A DNA stretch of 24,000 nt. It comes from Acidobacteriota bacterium. GTDB lineage: Bacteria > Acidobacteriota > UBA6911 > RPQK01 > JAPXNP01. Below, piece after piece: positions 7,961 to 15,939 of this stretch. Position numbers and translations under genes: made by a program. Location of the stretch: positions 7,358 to 31,357 of the forward strand of contig JAUWTT010000002.1 of the NCBI GenBank assembly GCA_030614585.1. Reading direction: 5' to 3'. Numbering within the stretch: position 1 is the stretch's first letter; each line of letters starts with the position of its first letter. The notes beneath the pieces are model-generated. The model did not search any database. It was given only the letters and a program-made list of their open reading frames with translations, and was not told the origin of the DNA.

Positions 7961-9336
7961 ACAAGCTCTTCCAACTGAGCCGTGAAGTGGCGAAGATAGG
8001 GTGGCTCCTTGACGATGCGGAGCCCTTTGATTCTGTCTCGGTTTTCGTAAATGGCTGCGATTGACTCAGCCACATACTTCATGTGCATCGACGTGTAGAC
8101 GCGGCGAGGGACTGCGAGCCGTACCAGTTCAAGTTCCGGATAGGCCATCTTGCCCGTATCGGGATCTGGATGGGCAAACATCAGACTTCCGATTTCGACT
8201 GCTCGGATTCCTGCTTCCCGGTAAAGTGCGACGACGAGAGCTTGACCCGGAAACTGGTGCTGAGGAATGTGTGGCAGGAACTCTTTCGCATTGACATAGA
8301 CTGCGTGCCCACCGGTGGGTTTTACGATAGGGATTCCTGCTTGGTCGAGTTCGTCGCCCAGGTAGCGGATCTGGCTAATCCTGAATCGCAGGTAGTCTTC
8401 ATTCAAGACTTCGCGGAACCCTATCGACATTGCTTCCAGATCTCGACCTGCCAGCCCGCCATAGGTAGGAAAACCCTCGATCAGAATCAGAAGGTTGGTG
8501 GCTTTCTGGGCCCATTCGTCAGAGTTGAAGCCAAGAAATCCACCTATGTTGACCAACCCGTCCTTCTTGGCGCTCATGGTACAGCCATCACCATATGAAA
8601 AGAGCTCACGTGCAATCTCAACCACCGATTTATCCGCGTACCCCGATTCTCTTTCTTTAATGAAGAAACAGTTTTCGGCGAAACGGCAGGCATCAAAAAA
8701 GAGGGGAACTCCATATCGTTTGCAAATGGATCGAGTCTCTCGAATATTCTCCATCGAAACTGGCTGGCCTCCAGCCGAGTTGTTGGTAATCGTCAGCATG
8801 GCCAGGGGAATGCGTTCCGGCCCCTGCTCCTCTATAAAGGCCTCCAGCTTTCGAGTGTCCATGTTGCCTTTGAAGGGGTGCTCAAGAGAAGGATTGAGTC
8901 CTTCTTCGATGACAAGATCAACAGCCTTTCCCCCCTTGTGTTCAACGTTGGCTCGGGTCGTGTCGAAGTGGGTGTTGTTGGGGATAAGGTCCCCCTCTTT
9001 AAGGATCACCGAGAAGAGCAGATTCTCCGCCATCCTGCCCTGATGGGTTGGGATGATGTACCGATAGCCGAAAATCTCTCGCACGGTCTTCTCGAAATGG
9101 AAGTAATTGCGGCTACCTGCATAAGATTCATCGCCTTTCGACAAACCGGCCCATTGGCTATCACTCATCGCCGAAGTTCCACTGTCAGTGAGAAGGTCGA
9201 TCAGAATTGACTCCGCCGGAATGTTGAACACATTAAAGCCAACGCTACTGATCAACTCAGTGCGTTGCTTCCTGGTACTCATCTTGAGAGGCTCAACGAC
9301 TTTGATTTTGAAAGGTTCTGCCGGAAATTCCATCAT
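7957..9336 (-). CDS. tnaA: Tryptophanase (PLP-dependent beta-eliminating lyase; tryptophan indole-lyase)
   Basis: 459 aa, collinear from memory with E. coli TnaA and C. freundii TPL: PEPFKIKVVEP, IDLLTDSGT, IPTHQGRMAEN, the PLP-lysine motif SAKKDGLVNIGG, and GHAVYVNA. HFDTTR (Asp, where TPL has Thr) and YLRHFTAQL (His, where TPL has Phe) favour tryptophanase over tyrosine phenol-lyase. SD GAGGGAG lies upstream of ATGATG. Confidence 0.9.
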   Translation of the reverse strand: MMEFPAEPFKIKVVEPLKMSTRKQRTELISSVGFNVFNIPAESILIDLLTDSGTSAMSDSQWAGLSKGDESYAGSRNYFHFEKTVREIFGYRYIIPTHQGRMAENLLFSVILKEGDLIPNNTHFDTTRANVEHKGGKAVDLVIEEGLNPSLEHPFKGNMDTRKLEAFIEEQGPERIPLAMLTITNNSAGGQPVSMENIRETRSICKRYGVPLFFDACRFAENCFFIKERESGYADKSVVEIARELFSYGDGCTMSAKKDGLVNIGGFLGFNSDEWAQKATNLLILIEGFPTYGGLAGRDLEAMSIGFREVLNEDYLRFRISQIRYLGDELDQAGIPIVKPTGGHAVYVNAKEFLPHIPQHQFPGQALVVALYREAGIRAVEIGSLMFAHPDPDTGKMAYPELELVRLAVPRRVYTSMHMKYVAESIAAIYENRDRIKGLRIVKEPPYLRHFTAQLEELV

Positions 9337-9461
9337 CTATCTCCCTCGACCCTAGTCAACAATGTTGTCAGGTTCAAATCAAGTAGTTGTTAGTGTAAGA
9401 CGACCTTCCAGGTTGTTGCTCCGGGCTTCATGACAAGCAGGGATGCGTGTCTTACCGTAGC

Positions 9462-11573
9462 CTAATCCAACGACCACCGTACCGTGATCAGAAAGCCGCG
9501 CCCGTATCCCAAAGGTGCCTTCCTGTCGGCGGTGTCAAAATAGAGCTGGTTAAGAAGATTGGTAGCCCTCAAGGCGGCTTGCAGATTAGCAGGAAGGTCA
9601 ACGGAAACGAAGGCTGAAAGAAGTTGAGCATCTGGAATCCGCTTCTCGCCATCTCCCGGATCGGTCTTCTTGCCTCGAAACTCTACCTGAGCCCCGGTTT
9701 CCCATTGCTCCTTGAAATGTTGAAACCCAATTGCTGTCCGATTCACTGGAATGTCCAATAAAGGCATTCCGTAGGCGCTCTCTCCGCTAATGAAATGACC
9801 GTGCCCATAGACCCTGAAACTGGGGCTGGGCAATATCTGGCCCTCCCATTCGAAACCGTCAATTGTCCCTTCGGTCAGGTTGATGAAGGTCCATTCGTCC
9901 GGTGTGACTTCAACCCGCTCAATGTAGTTCGATATTTGATTTCGGAATATGTAGGCCGAGGCTCGGACAAGAGCTGAGTAATAGCGGATGCCTCCTTCCA
10001 GATTAAGTGAACGCTCGGCTTCCAGGTTTGGATTTCCAATCACCGTACCGCGACCTGTAGTGCCAGAGAAGAAGAGCTCGCTCAGAGATGGGAAACGCAC
10101 ACCGCTGCCGACTGCGGCGTTTAGTTCCAAGTCTGTGCGAAGAGGGAAAACAACCCCAGCAAATCCGTTGAAGGCTGTGTCGGTTTCGGCCACGGATCCG
10201 CCGTTTTTCTGGTTAACTACGGTCCAGCGGCCACCTGCCTCAACGATAGCGGCATCGGCGTGAAAAGTGACGGAACCTCGCAAACCCAGATCATTCTGGC
10301 TGGCCCCATCCAACGCCTTCAGAATTTGTGACTCCAGAGGAAGGACTTCAGGGCCATGACGCATCTCGGTCGAATCTACGCCCTGACGACCGAAATAATC
10401 GATACCGACCTGGGCGTTCGTTCTCGATCCAAGGCTGACCTCCCTATCGGTCCCCAAGCCGAAATCGAAGGAGTCATTGAAAACGTTGCTCTCCAGCTGC
10501 TCTTCAACCGTCTGGGTATGAAGAGTCTGAGGGTGGACAAATGCGTTGACTCCCCAACCGCCAATTGATCGGGTCGAGAAATTGACTAAAAGATGTTTCT
10601 CCTCAGGATAGTTCGTGGTTCTATCGGGGAAATCTGTATTCGACTTGCCGATTTCCTTTCCTACCGCAGGCAGAACCAGGATTTGGTAATCTCGATTCTT
10701 GCCCTCCCAGATTTTGCTGACCAGCCCGGAGTACTGAGTGAAATGGGAGTTGAGCTCGGTGCCGTCCGCAGCTTGAGCATTGTCTGCTTGGCGTCGCGCA
10801 AAGCCGGCAGACCAACCGCCACCTCCCCAGCCTCCCGCCAGGAGATATCCGTTCCCTTGAGTGGCATAGTCCGATTCGATGACCCAGTTTTGAAACTGTC
10901 GGGACGAGAGATCTATTGTCCCGCCCAGCGCTCCGGAACCATAGTAGCTGCTCGCCGGCCCCCGCACCACGTCAACCGAACCGAGAAGGAAAGGATCAAC
11001 GAAGGAAGCCGAAACGCCTGCTCTCCTCTCACTACTGAGCCTGATCCCACTGATGGAAGTAGTGATCCGGTGCCGAGAAACACCCCGGATCGAGTAGTTT
11101 TCAAACAGCCCTCCCTGTCCATTTGGAGCAACACCGGGTATGTTCTGCACGAGTTCCCCAACTGTCGAGGCTCCGGTGTTACCCTCTTGGGGATCGACTG
11201 TCGAGGTTGCGGCTCCGACCGGGGCGATACTTGGACCTGGCAGCCGCGCAACCACAGTGACTTCCTCTTCGAAAGCTGTCTTTGGCTGCAGAATAACCTG
11301 CAGGGTGGACGAGTCATCAGCTTCCAACTGGATATTGAGATCGAAGAATCCGGGGTGTGAGACCACAAGTGTCACTGGTGGTTCAACGTTGGGGAGATGG
11401 AACGCCCCTGAAGCATCAGCGATGACACTCTCGTCAGATGCGGGGATTTCGATCTTCGCATTGGCGACAGATTCCCTGGATGGAGTCATGACTGTGCCGC
11501 GAATTCCACTTGCATCAGCTGGAACGGAACAGAGCATTTCAGCCAGGAGCACCACCATCGCCATCTTCATCAC
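9462..11573 (-). CDS. TonB-dependent outer-membrane receptor with an N-terminal carboxypeptidase-regulatory-like domain
   Basis: 703 aa with signal peptide MKMAMVVLLAEMLCSVPADA. The N-domain reads IRGTVMTP...NAKIEI. Plug motifs are GELVQNIPGV, YSIRGV and VDVVRGPASSYYGSGALGGTIDL, followed by a long beta-barrel-like region. The ORF begins at GTG 11573, with ATG at 11570 immediately after. Confidence 0.85.
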   Translation of the reverse strand: MMKMAMVVLLAEMLCSVPADASGIRGTVMTPSRESVANAKIEIPASDESVIADASGAFHLPNVEPPVTLVVSHPGFFDLNIQLEADDSSTLQVILQPKTAFEEEVTVVARLPGPSIAPVGAATSTVDPQEGNTGASTVGELVQNIPGVAPNGQGGLFENYSIRGVSRHRITTSISGIRLSSERRAGVSASFVDPFLLGSVDVVRGPASSYYGSGALGGTIDLSSRQFQNWVIESDYATQGNGYLLAGGWGGGGWSAGFARRQADNAQAADGTELNSHFTQYSGLVSKIWEGKNRDYQILVLPAVGKEIGKSNTDFPDRTTNYPEEKHLLVNFSTRSIGGWGVNAFVHPQTLHTQTVEEQLESNVFNDSFDFGLGTDREVSLGSRTNAQVGIDYFGRQGVDSTEMRHGPEVLPLESQILKALDGASQNDLGLRGSVTFHADAAIVEAGGRWTVVNQKNGGSVAETDTAFNGFAGVVFPLRTDLELNAAVGSGVRFPSLSELFFSGTTGRGTVIGNPNLEAERSLNLEGGIRYYSALVRASAYIFRNQISNYIERVEVTPDEWTFINLTEGTIDGFEWEGQILPSPSFRVYGHGHFISGESAYGMPLLDIPVNRTAIGFQHFKEQWETGAQVEFRGKKTDPGDGEKRIPDAQLLSAFVSVDLPANLQAALRATNLLNQLYFDTADRKAPLGYGRGFLITVRWSLD

Positions 11574-11603
11574 AGGATGCCATTATACCGAGGTCCCGAA
11601 TCA

Positions 11604-11643
11604 GGACTGGGAGCTGGGGACTGGGAACTAGGGGCTGGGGATC
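11604..11643. repeat. Heptanucleotide tandem array, consensus GGACTGG (minus strand CCAGTCC / CCCCAGY), about 5.5 units
   Basis: In-phase units: GGACTGG, GAGCTGG, GGACTGG, GAACTAG, GGGCTGG, GGATC. The array lies 31-70 bp upstream of the receptor start codon. Confidence 0.85.
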
Positions 11644-11661
11644 AAACCACTAAATCACTAA

Positions 11662-11726
11662 GGCACCCTCCTTCGCTCTCCGAGCTACGGAGGGCAGGCC
11701 CGGGATCTAGTAACCGGCATCCGGCA
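11662..11726. repeat. 65 bp direct repeat, copy A
   Basis: 63 of 65 positions match 11828-11892 (mismatches at 11666 and 11688, both C versus T). It contains the hairpin CCCTCC-ttc-GCTC-tcc-GAGC-tac-GGAGGG. Confidence 0.9.
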
Positions 11727-11735
11727 CCTAGCATT

Positions 11736-11805
11736 CTTTGTCGTGAACTTAATCGGGAACTTTGTCGAAATCCGGGTGCACGAATCGACAAGGTTCACGA
11801 CAAAG
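11736..11805. repeat. Long hairpin between the two 65 bp repeats: a 13 bp perfect stem with a nested 7 bp stem
   Basis: CTTTGTCGTGAAC (11736-11748) is the reverse complement of GTTCACGACAAAG (11793-11805). The inner pair is TTGTCGA (11762-11768) with TCGACAA (11785-11791). Confidence 0.85.
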
Positions 11806-11827
11806 CTTGCGACGAAGGGAACCACCC

Positions 11828-11892
11828 GGCATCCTCCTTCGCTCTCCGAGCTATGGAGGGCAGGCCCGGGATCTAGTAACCGGCATCCGGCA
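11828..11892. repeat. 65 bp direct repeat, copy B
   Basis: Offset of 166 bp from copy A with 63/65 identity. Its 3' end merges into the CCGGCAT heptamer array. Confidence 0.9.
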
Positions 11893-11945
11893 TCCTGTAT
11901 CCGGCATTTGTCACTTGTCACTTGTCATTTGTCACTTATCACTTG
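11880..11945. repeat. In-phase heptamer array: CCGGCAT-type units (4) followed by TTGTCAC-type units (5)
   Basis: Units read CCGGCAT, CCGGCAT, CCTGTAT, CCGGCAT, TTGTCAC, TTGTCAC, TTGTCAT, TTGTCAC, TTATCAC, TTG. A single 7 bp phase is kept across 11880-11945. Confidence 0.85.
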
Positions 11946-12074
11946 AATGATACTGGATACTTCACTAAACACAGAAATGTCTTCAGCACTAATGCCTCAT
12001 CAAGTAAAATAGCGGCGTAGCTCAATGGGGGTTGAAATCAGCATTGAAGCTTTTGCCGGGGCGGCACGTCTTAG

Positions 12075-12767
12075 AAGCATGAGAAGGGCGCGATTTCGCA
12101 GTCAGAGGTAGACACGCTGAGCGAGAGGGTTGGATTTGCCGCTTCCGGCGTTGATATGGCTCGGGTGGCAATCGAATCGATGGAAGAAGAGTTGCGGGAT
12201 ACGAAGGTCTTCTCTCCATCGTCCGGTCAGATCTCTGAGCGTTGGGTCTCTGTCGGCGAAGCGGTCAACTCATCGTCGGTGTTATTCACCATCATCCAGC
12301 TGGATCCCATTAAAGTTCTCACTGAGATAAGCGAGCCTTACTTGCAGGAGGTTGTGCCAGGCGAAAAAGTCCGGTTCACATTTGATGCTTTCGGTGGTGC
12401 CGCCTTTACAGGAACAGTTCATCGAATTCATCCGGTGGCCAATCCACAGAGTGGTGCATTTCCTGTTGAGATACGACTGGACAATCCGGGCCGCAGGTTC
12501 CTGTCAGGGATGATCGTCCGGATTTCCCTCCTGGGACACACCTTCACTGACGCAATCCAAGTTCCCCTGGAGTCTATTGTCAATGCGCAGGGTGAAGACT
12601 ACATTTTCGTAGTGGAGGATGGCATTGCCCGTCGCACAGGAGTTCGAGTTCAGAAGAGAATTGGAGGAAAGGCAGTTATTGAGGGAGACGTACAGGCGGG
12701 CCAGAAGGTTGTGATCCGGGGCAACAGAAACCTCACCGATGGAACGGCGGTGGAACTGGCCGGCTAG
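12075..12767 (+). pseudogene. RND efflux periplasmic adaptor (membrane fusion protein, HlyD family), 5'-truncated remnant
   Basis: The ORF track gives 12156..12767 (203 aa). The frame is open back to 12075, just after a TAG at 12072-12074. The sequence KGAISQSEVD...EEELRDTKVFSPSSGQISERWVSVGEAV...TGTVHRIHPVANPQSGAFPVEI...VVIRGNRNLTDGTAVE matches only the distal hairpin helix, the second lipoyl half, and the beta-barrel and membrane-proximal domains. No signal peptide or N-terminal half appears in any frame upstream. Confidence 0.6.
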
Positions 12768-12778
12768 ATTCCGATTCG

Positions 12779-15700
12779 ATGTCGTTACCAAGCTTTTCTG
12801 TCAAGAATTCCGTCCTCGTAAACCTCGTGATGATCCTGATCATTGCGATGGGGACCTACGCGCTGATAACTCTGCCTCGCGAACTGATGCCCCAGATCAG
12901 GCTCAACCGCGTCGTCGTTGCAGTACCCTTTCCCGGCGCTTCGCCTGAAGAGGTTGAGAAGCTGATTACGAAACCGATCGAAGACGAGATCGAGAACCTG
13001 GACCATCTCGATATGTTTGTGACGGTGTCCAAGGAGGGTCAGTCCCGCTTCAACGTGATCTTTGATTCGATCAGCGAAGACGAGTTCAGACGGGTCTACC
13101 AGGATCTAAGACAGGCGGTGGACAGGGTCAATCTTCCCGATGGCGCTGAGGACCCATTCTACCTCTCCCTCGAATCCTCAACCTGGATGCCGATGGCAAC
13201 TGTTGCGATCAGCGGCGAGCTACCTGAGTCACGCATGAAGGAACTGGCCGAAGAGGTGCAAGATGATATCGAGCGGCTACGGGGTGTCGATTCTGTCTCG
13301 GTTTCAGGACTGCGTGAAAGGGAAGTGTGGGTACAGATCGATCCGCATAAGCTCTACAAACACAGCCTCACCCTTGAGCAGGTGAGTCTTAGCCTGCTAC
13401 GTCAAAACGTGGGACTCACAGGTGGGAATATCGAGGTGGGACCTTACGAGTATCTTTTGCGCTCAGTTGAAGAATTCGAGAGGCTTGAAGATATTGCCGA
13501 CGTCGTCATCAAGGAAGACCGGGTTGGAAACCATGTTCGCGTGCGCGATGTAGCCATTGTGATTGACACCTATGAGGAGCCCAAGACCATCTCTCGGTTC
13601 AACGGGAAACGCTCCGTTTCCCTGGACGTCTACAAAAAGCCGGAGGGCAACACACTCGAGCTCACAGAACAGTTCAGAAATCTTCTCCAGGAAAAGCAGA
13701 GGGTTGCTCCTGCTGGGGTGGTGTTCAGTATTACCAATGACTTCTCGCCACGGATCCTAAGTGGGATCAATCGACTGCTAAGTAATGGGTTTTACGGCGG
13801 GTTTCTGGTTCTCCTCACTCTCTTCCTGATTCTGGGATGGCGAAATGCCTTGTTCGTGTTCTGGGGGATACCGATCACTTTCCTACTGACATTTGTCTTT
13901 ATCGATCTCTACGGTGAGTCAATAAACGAAAGCTCGTTGTTCGCTCTGGTTTTGGTTCTCGGAATGATCGTCGACGATGCCATCGTTGTGATCGAGAATG
14001 TCTCCCGCTATCTCAACCGAGGTTACGGTCCCAAAGAGGCGGCCATCAAAGGTACCGAAGAGGTGCTCTGGCCGGTTTTCACTTCATCACTCACCACGAT
14101 TGCCGCCTTCCTGCCATTGATGTTGCTGCCAGGGGTGATCGGTGAGTTCATGAAAGTCATCCCCATCTGCTTGAGCTTCGCTTTGGCTGCATCGCTTTTC
14201 GAATCGCTCGTAATCCTTCCCTCCCATGTATCGGACCTGGGTGCGTCTGACGTTGCTCGCCATCACGGAAGGGTGAATCGGAGCATCAGAAAGGTGGCGG
14301 CCCGCTATCGACGAATCATGGGGTTCATCATTCGACGCCGTTGGGCTTTCATACCTTTGTTCCTGATACTTCTATCGAGTACCTTGCTGGTGATTCCATA
14401 CGTTGGTGTTGACCTGTATGCAGATGACGCCTTCCCGTTCTTCCTGGTCAGGATCTGGATGCCCGAGGGCACAAGCATCGAAGCAACAGACGAAGTAACC
14501 CGTGGAATCGAGGAAGTTGCACTTACCCTGCCTGAAGAAGACGTGAAGGCAGTTGTAGCACAAGTAGGACGACTCGATACCGAATCGGATCGGATTGTAT
14601 CGAAAGATGTATCCATGATTCGTGTGGATGTCCGCGCCGCAGGCGTTCGAACGCGAAGCATCGACAAGATCATGGGCGATCTGGAAAAGGGAACAAAACA
14701 CGTTACCGGGTATCGCGAGATCCAATTCGCGAAGTTGAACACCGGACCCCCGGTGGGAAAACCTGTTGAGATCAAAATCAAGGGAAGACACTTCGAGGTC
14801 CTTGGGGAGATCGCTCAGAGGTTTAAGGGTTATCTTGCAACAATCCCCGGCGTTCACACGATTCAGGACGATCTCCAGCGAGGCAAGAACGAAATCAGGA
14901 TTCACATCGACGAGAATCGGGCTCACCTGGTGGGCCTTGATGAATCAGACATAGCCCGACAGGTTAAGTACGCGTTCGAGGGGGTTCCGGCGACGGTCTA
15001 TCGGGATGGAGACGAGGAGATCGATGTCGTTGTGAAATTTCAGGAAGACTTTCGCGACAGCATTCAAGATATCAACGATTTGAAGATTCCTACCCGTGGA
15101 GGAGGGCTGGTTCCCTTCCATACGGTTGCCAGTTTCACTATTGAGCGAGGATGGGCAAAGATCAATCGCTTCGATGGGGAACGAGCCGTTACCGTAAGCG
15201 CAGAGGTAACGGAAGGAGCCGCATCTTCTGTCGAAGTGACTGCCATGGCAAAAGATTTCTATGTTGGGATCGCTCAGGAGTATCCGGGCTACCGACTCGA
15301 TTTTCGAGGAGAATTTCAGGAGTTCGAGGAGGCCTTCACCAATGTCGGACAGCTGTTCCTGGTAGGCGTTATTCTTATCTACTTGATTCTGGGAGGGCAA
15401 TTCCGGTCCTACCTCCAACCACTCCTGGTGATGTTTGCGATCCCCTTCGCCTTTGCCGGCGCCATGCTCTACCTGATTACACACGGCTACCCGTTTACGA
15501 TCATGGCGATGTATGGGATGGTTGCCCTGAGCGGGGTGGCCATAAACGATTCGATCGTGCTAATCACGTTTATCAATGACGCAAGGAAGCGGGGAGCCTC
15601 ACCTTATCGCGCCGTGCTCAACGGTGCTAAGCGGAGATTACGACCGATTTTCCTGACCACTGTGACTACAATCCTCGGGCTTATGCCGATGGCAATTGGT

Positions 15701-15910
15701 ATCGGTGGGAAATCAGTCGTCTGGATGCCCATGGCCGGGACCATCGTCTGGGGTGTAGGAGTCGCTACCTTCTTAATTCTGTTGGTAATGCCTCCCCTTT
15801 ATCTTGCTGCCGAAGATCTCCGCTCTCTCGTGTTCAGGCGACGGAACAAGGTTCGCGTCGTCTCAAGTGCACCCCAGGGAGCCGACATACACATCCGTGA
15901 GGTGAGCTGA
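12779..15910 (+). CDS. RND superfamily efflux transporter permease (AcrB/CzcA-like)
   Basis: 1043 aa with N-terminus FSVKNSVLVNLVMILIIAMGTYALITLP, then PFPGASPEEVEKLITKPIEDEI, the TM4 motif GMIVDDAIVVIENV, and duplicated 6-TM plus large-loop halves. It starts 11 nt after the adaptor remnant stop. Confidence 0.93.
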   Translation: MSLPSFSVKNSVLVNLVMILIIAMGTYALITLPRELMPQIRLNRVVVAVPFPGASPEEVEKLITKPIEDEIENLDHLDMFVTVSKEGQSRFNVIFDSISEDEFRRVYQDLRQAVDRVNLPDGAEDPFYLSLESSTWMPMATVAISGELPESRMKELAEEVQDDIERLRGVDSVSVSGLREREVWVQIDPHKLYKHSLTLEQVSLSLLRQNVGLTGGNIEVGPYEYLLRSVEEFERLEDIADVVIKEDRVGNHVRVRDVAIVIDTYEEPKTISRFNGKRSVSLDVYKKPEGNTLELTEQFRNLLQEKQRVAPAGVVFSITNDFSPRILSGINRLLSNGFYGGFLVLLTLFLILGWRNALFVFWGIPITFLLTFVFIDLYGESINESSLFALVLVLGMIVDDAIVVIENVSRYLNRGYGPKEAAIKGTEEVLWPVFTSSLTTIAAFLPLMLLPGVIGEFMKVIPICLSFALAASLFESLVILPSHVSDLGASDVARHHGRVNRSIRKVAARYRRIMGFIIRRRWAFIPLFLILLSSTLLVIPYVGVDLYADDAFPFFLVRIWMPEGTSIEATDEVTRGIEEVALTLPEEDVKAVVAQVGRLDTESDRIVSKDVSMIRVDVRAAGVRTRSIDKIMGDLEKGTKHVTGYREIQFAKLNTGPPVGKPVEIKIKGRHFEVLGEIAQRFKGYLATIPGVHTIQDDLQRGKNEIRIHIDENRAHLVGLDESDIARQVKYAFEGVPATVYRDGDEEIDVVVKFQEDFRDSIQDINDLKIPTRGGGLVPFHTVASFTIERGWAKINRFDGERAVTVSAEVTEGAASSVEVTAMAKDFYVGIAQEYPGYRLDFRGEFQEFEEAFTNVGQLFLVGVILIYLILGGQFRSYLQPLLVMFAIPFAFAGAMLYLITHGYPFTIMAMYGMVALSGVAINDSIVLITFINDARKRGASPYRAVLNGAKRRLRPIFLTTVTTILGLMPMAIGIGGKSVVWMPMAGTIVWGVGVATFLILLVMPPLYLAAEDLRSLVFRRRNKVRVVSSAPQGADIHIREVS

Positions 15911-15933
15911 ATCGCGGGACGCGTCCCGCGATT
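15910..15933. terminator. Perfect 24 bp GC-rich palindrome between convergent genes; possible bidirectional terminator hairpin
   Basis: AATCGCGGGAC|GCGTCCCGCGATT overlaps the last base of the RND TGA and ends 6 bp before the convergent stop at 15940. There is no U-tract on either side. Confidence 0.4.
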
Positions 15934-15939
15934 CGAGAC

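Noticed and set aside
9337-9461. Promoter or terminator signals between the receptor and tryptophanase genes (TTGAAC-N17-TAGGGT; GTAAGAC...GTCTTAC arms 45 nt apart)
   Set aside because: The matches are weak. The inverted arms are too far apart and lack a U-tract. These signals cannot distinguish co-transcription from an independent promoter.
11662-11892. Possible CRISPR array
   Set aside because: There are only two repeat copies, the unit is 65 bp (far longer than CRISPR repeats), the spacer is about 101 bp, and no cas genes are in the window.
11577-11950. Short ORFs across the repeat island (11577..11876, 11743..11946, 11762..11950, 11685..11921)
   Set aside because: Their apparent length comes from repeated sequence (the PPSLSELRRAGPGSSNRHPA peptide simply reflects the 65 bp repeat). 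They have no RBS and no coding periodicity.
11574-12000. Cobalamin or other riboswitch upstream of the TonB-dependent receptor
   Set aside because: Reading the minus strand I could not find a B12-box-like core or any other riboswitch signature I recognise. A perfect -10 only about 10 nt from the start codon also leaves no room for a leader.
12012-12039. tRNA-like sequence GCGGCGTAGCTCAATGGGG followed by GGTTGAAATC (T-loop-like)
   Set aside because: It resembles a tRNA acceptor/D-arm 5' half. However, no complementary D-stem, anticodon arm or 3' acceptor strand (ACGCCGC) exists downstream, so no cloverleaf can be folded. At most it is a degenerate fragment, and it is mentioned under the adaptor-truncation finding.
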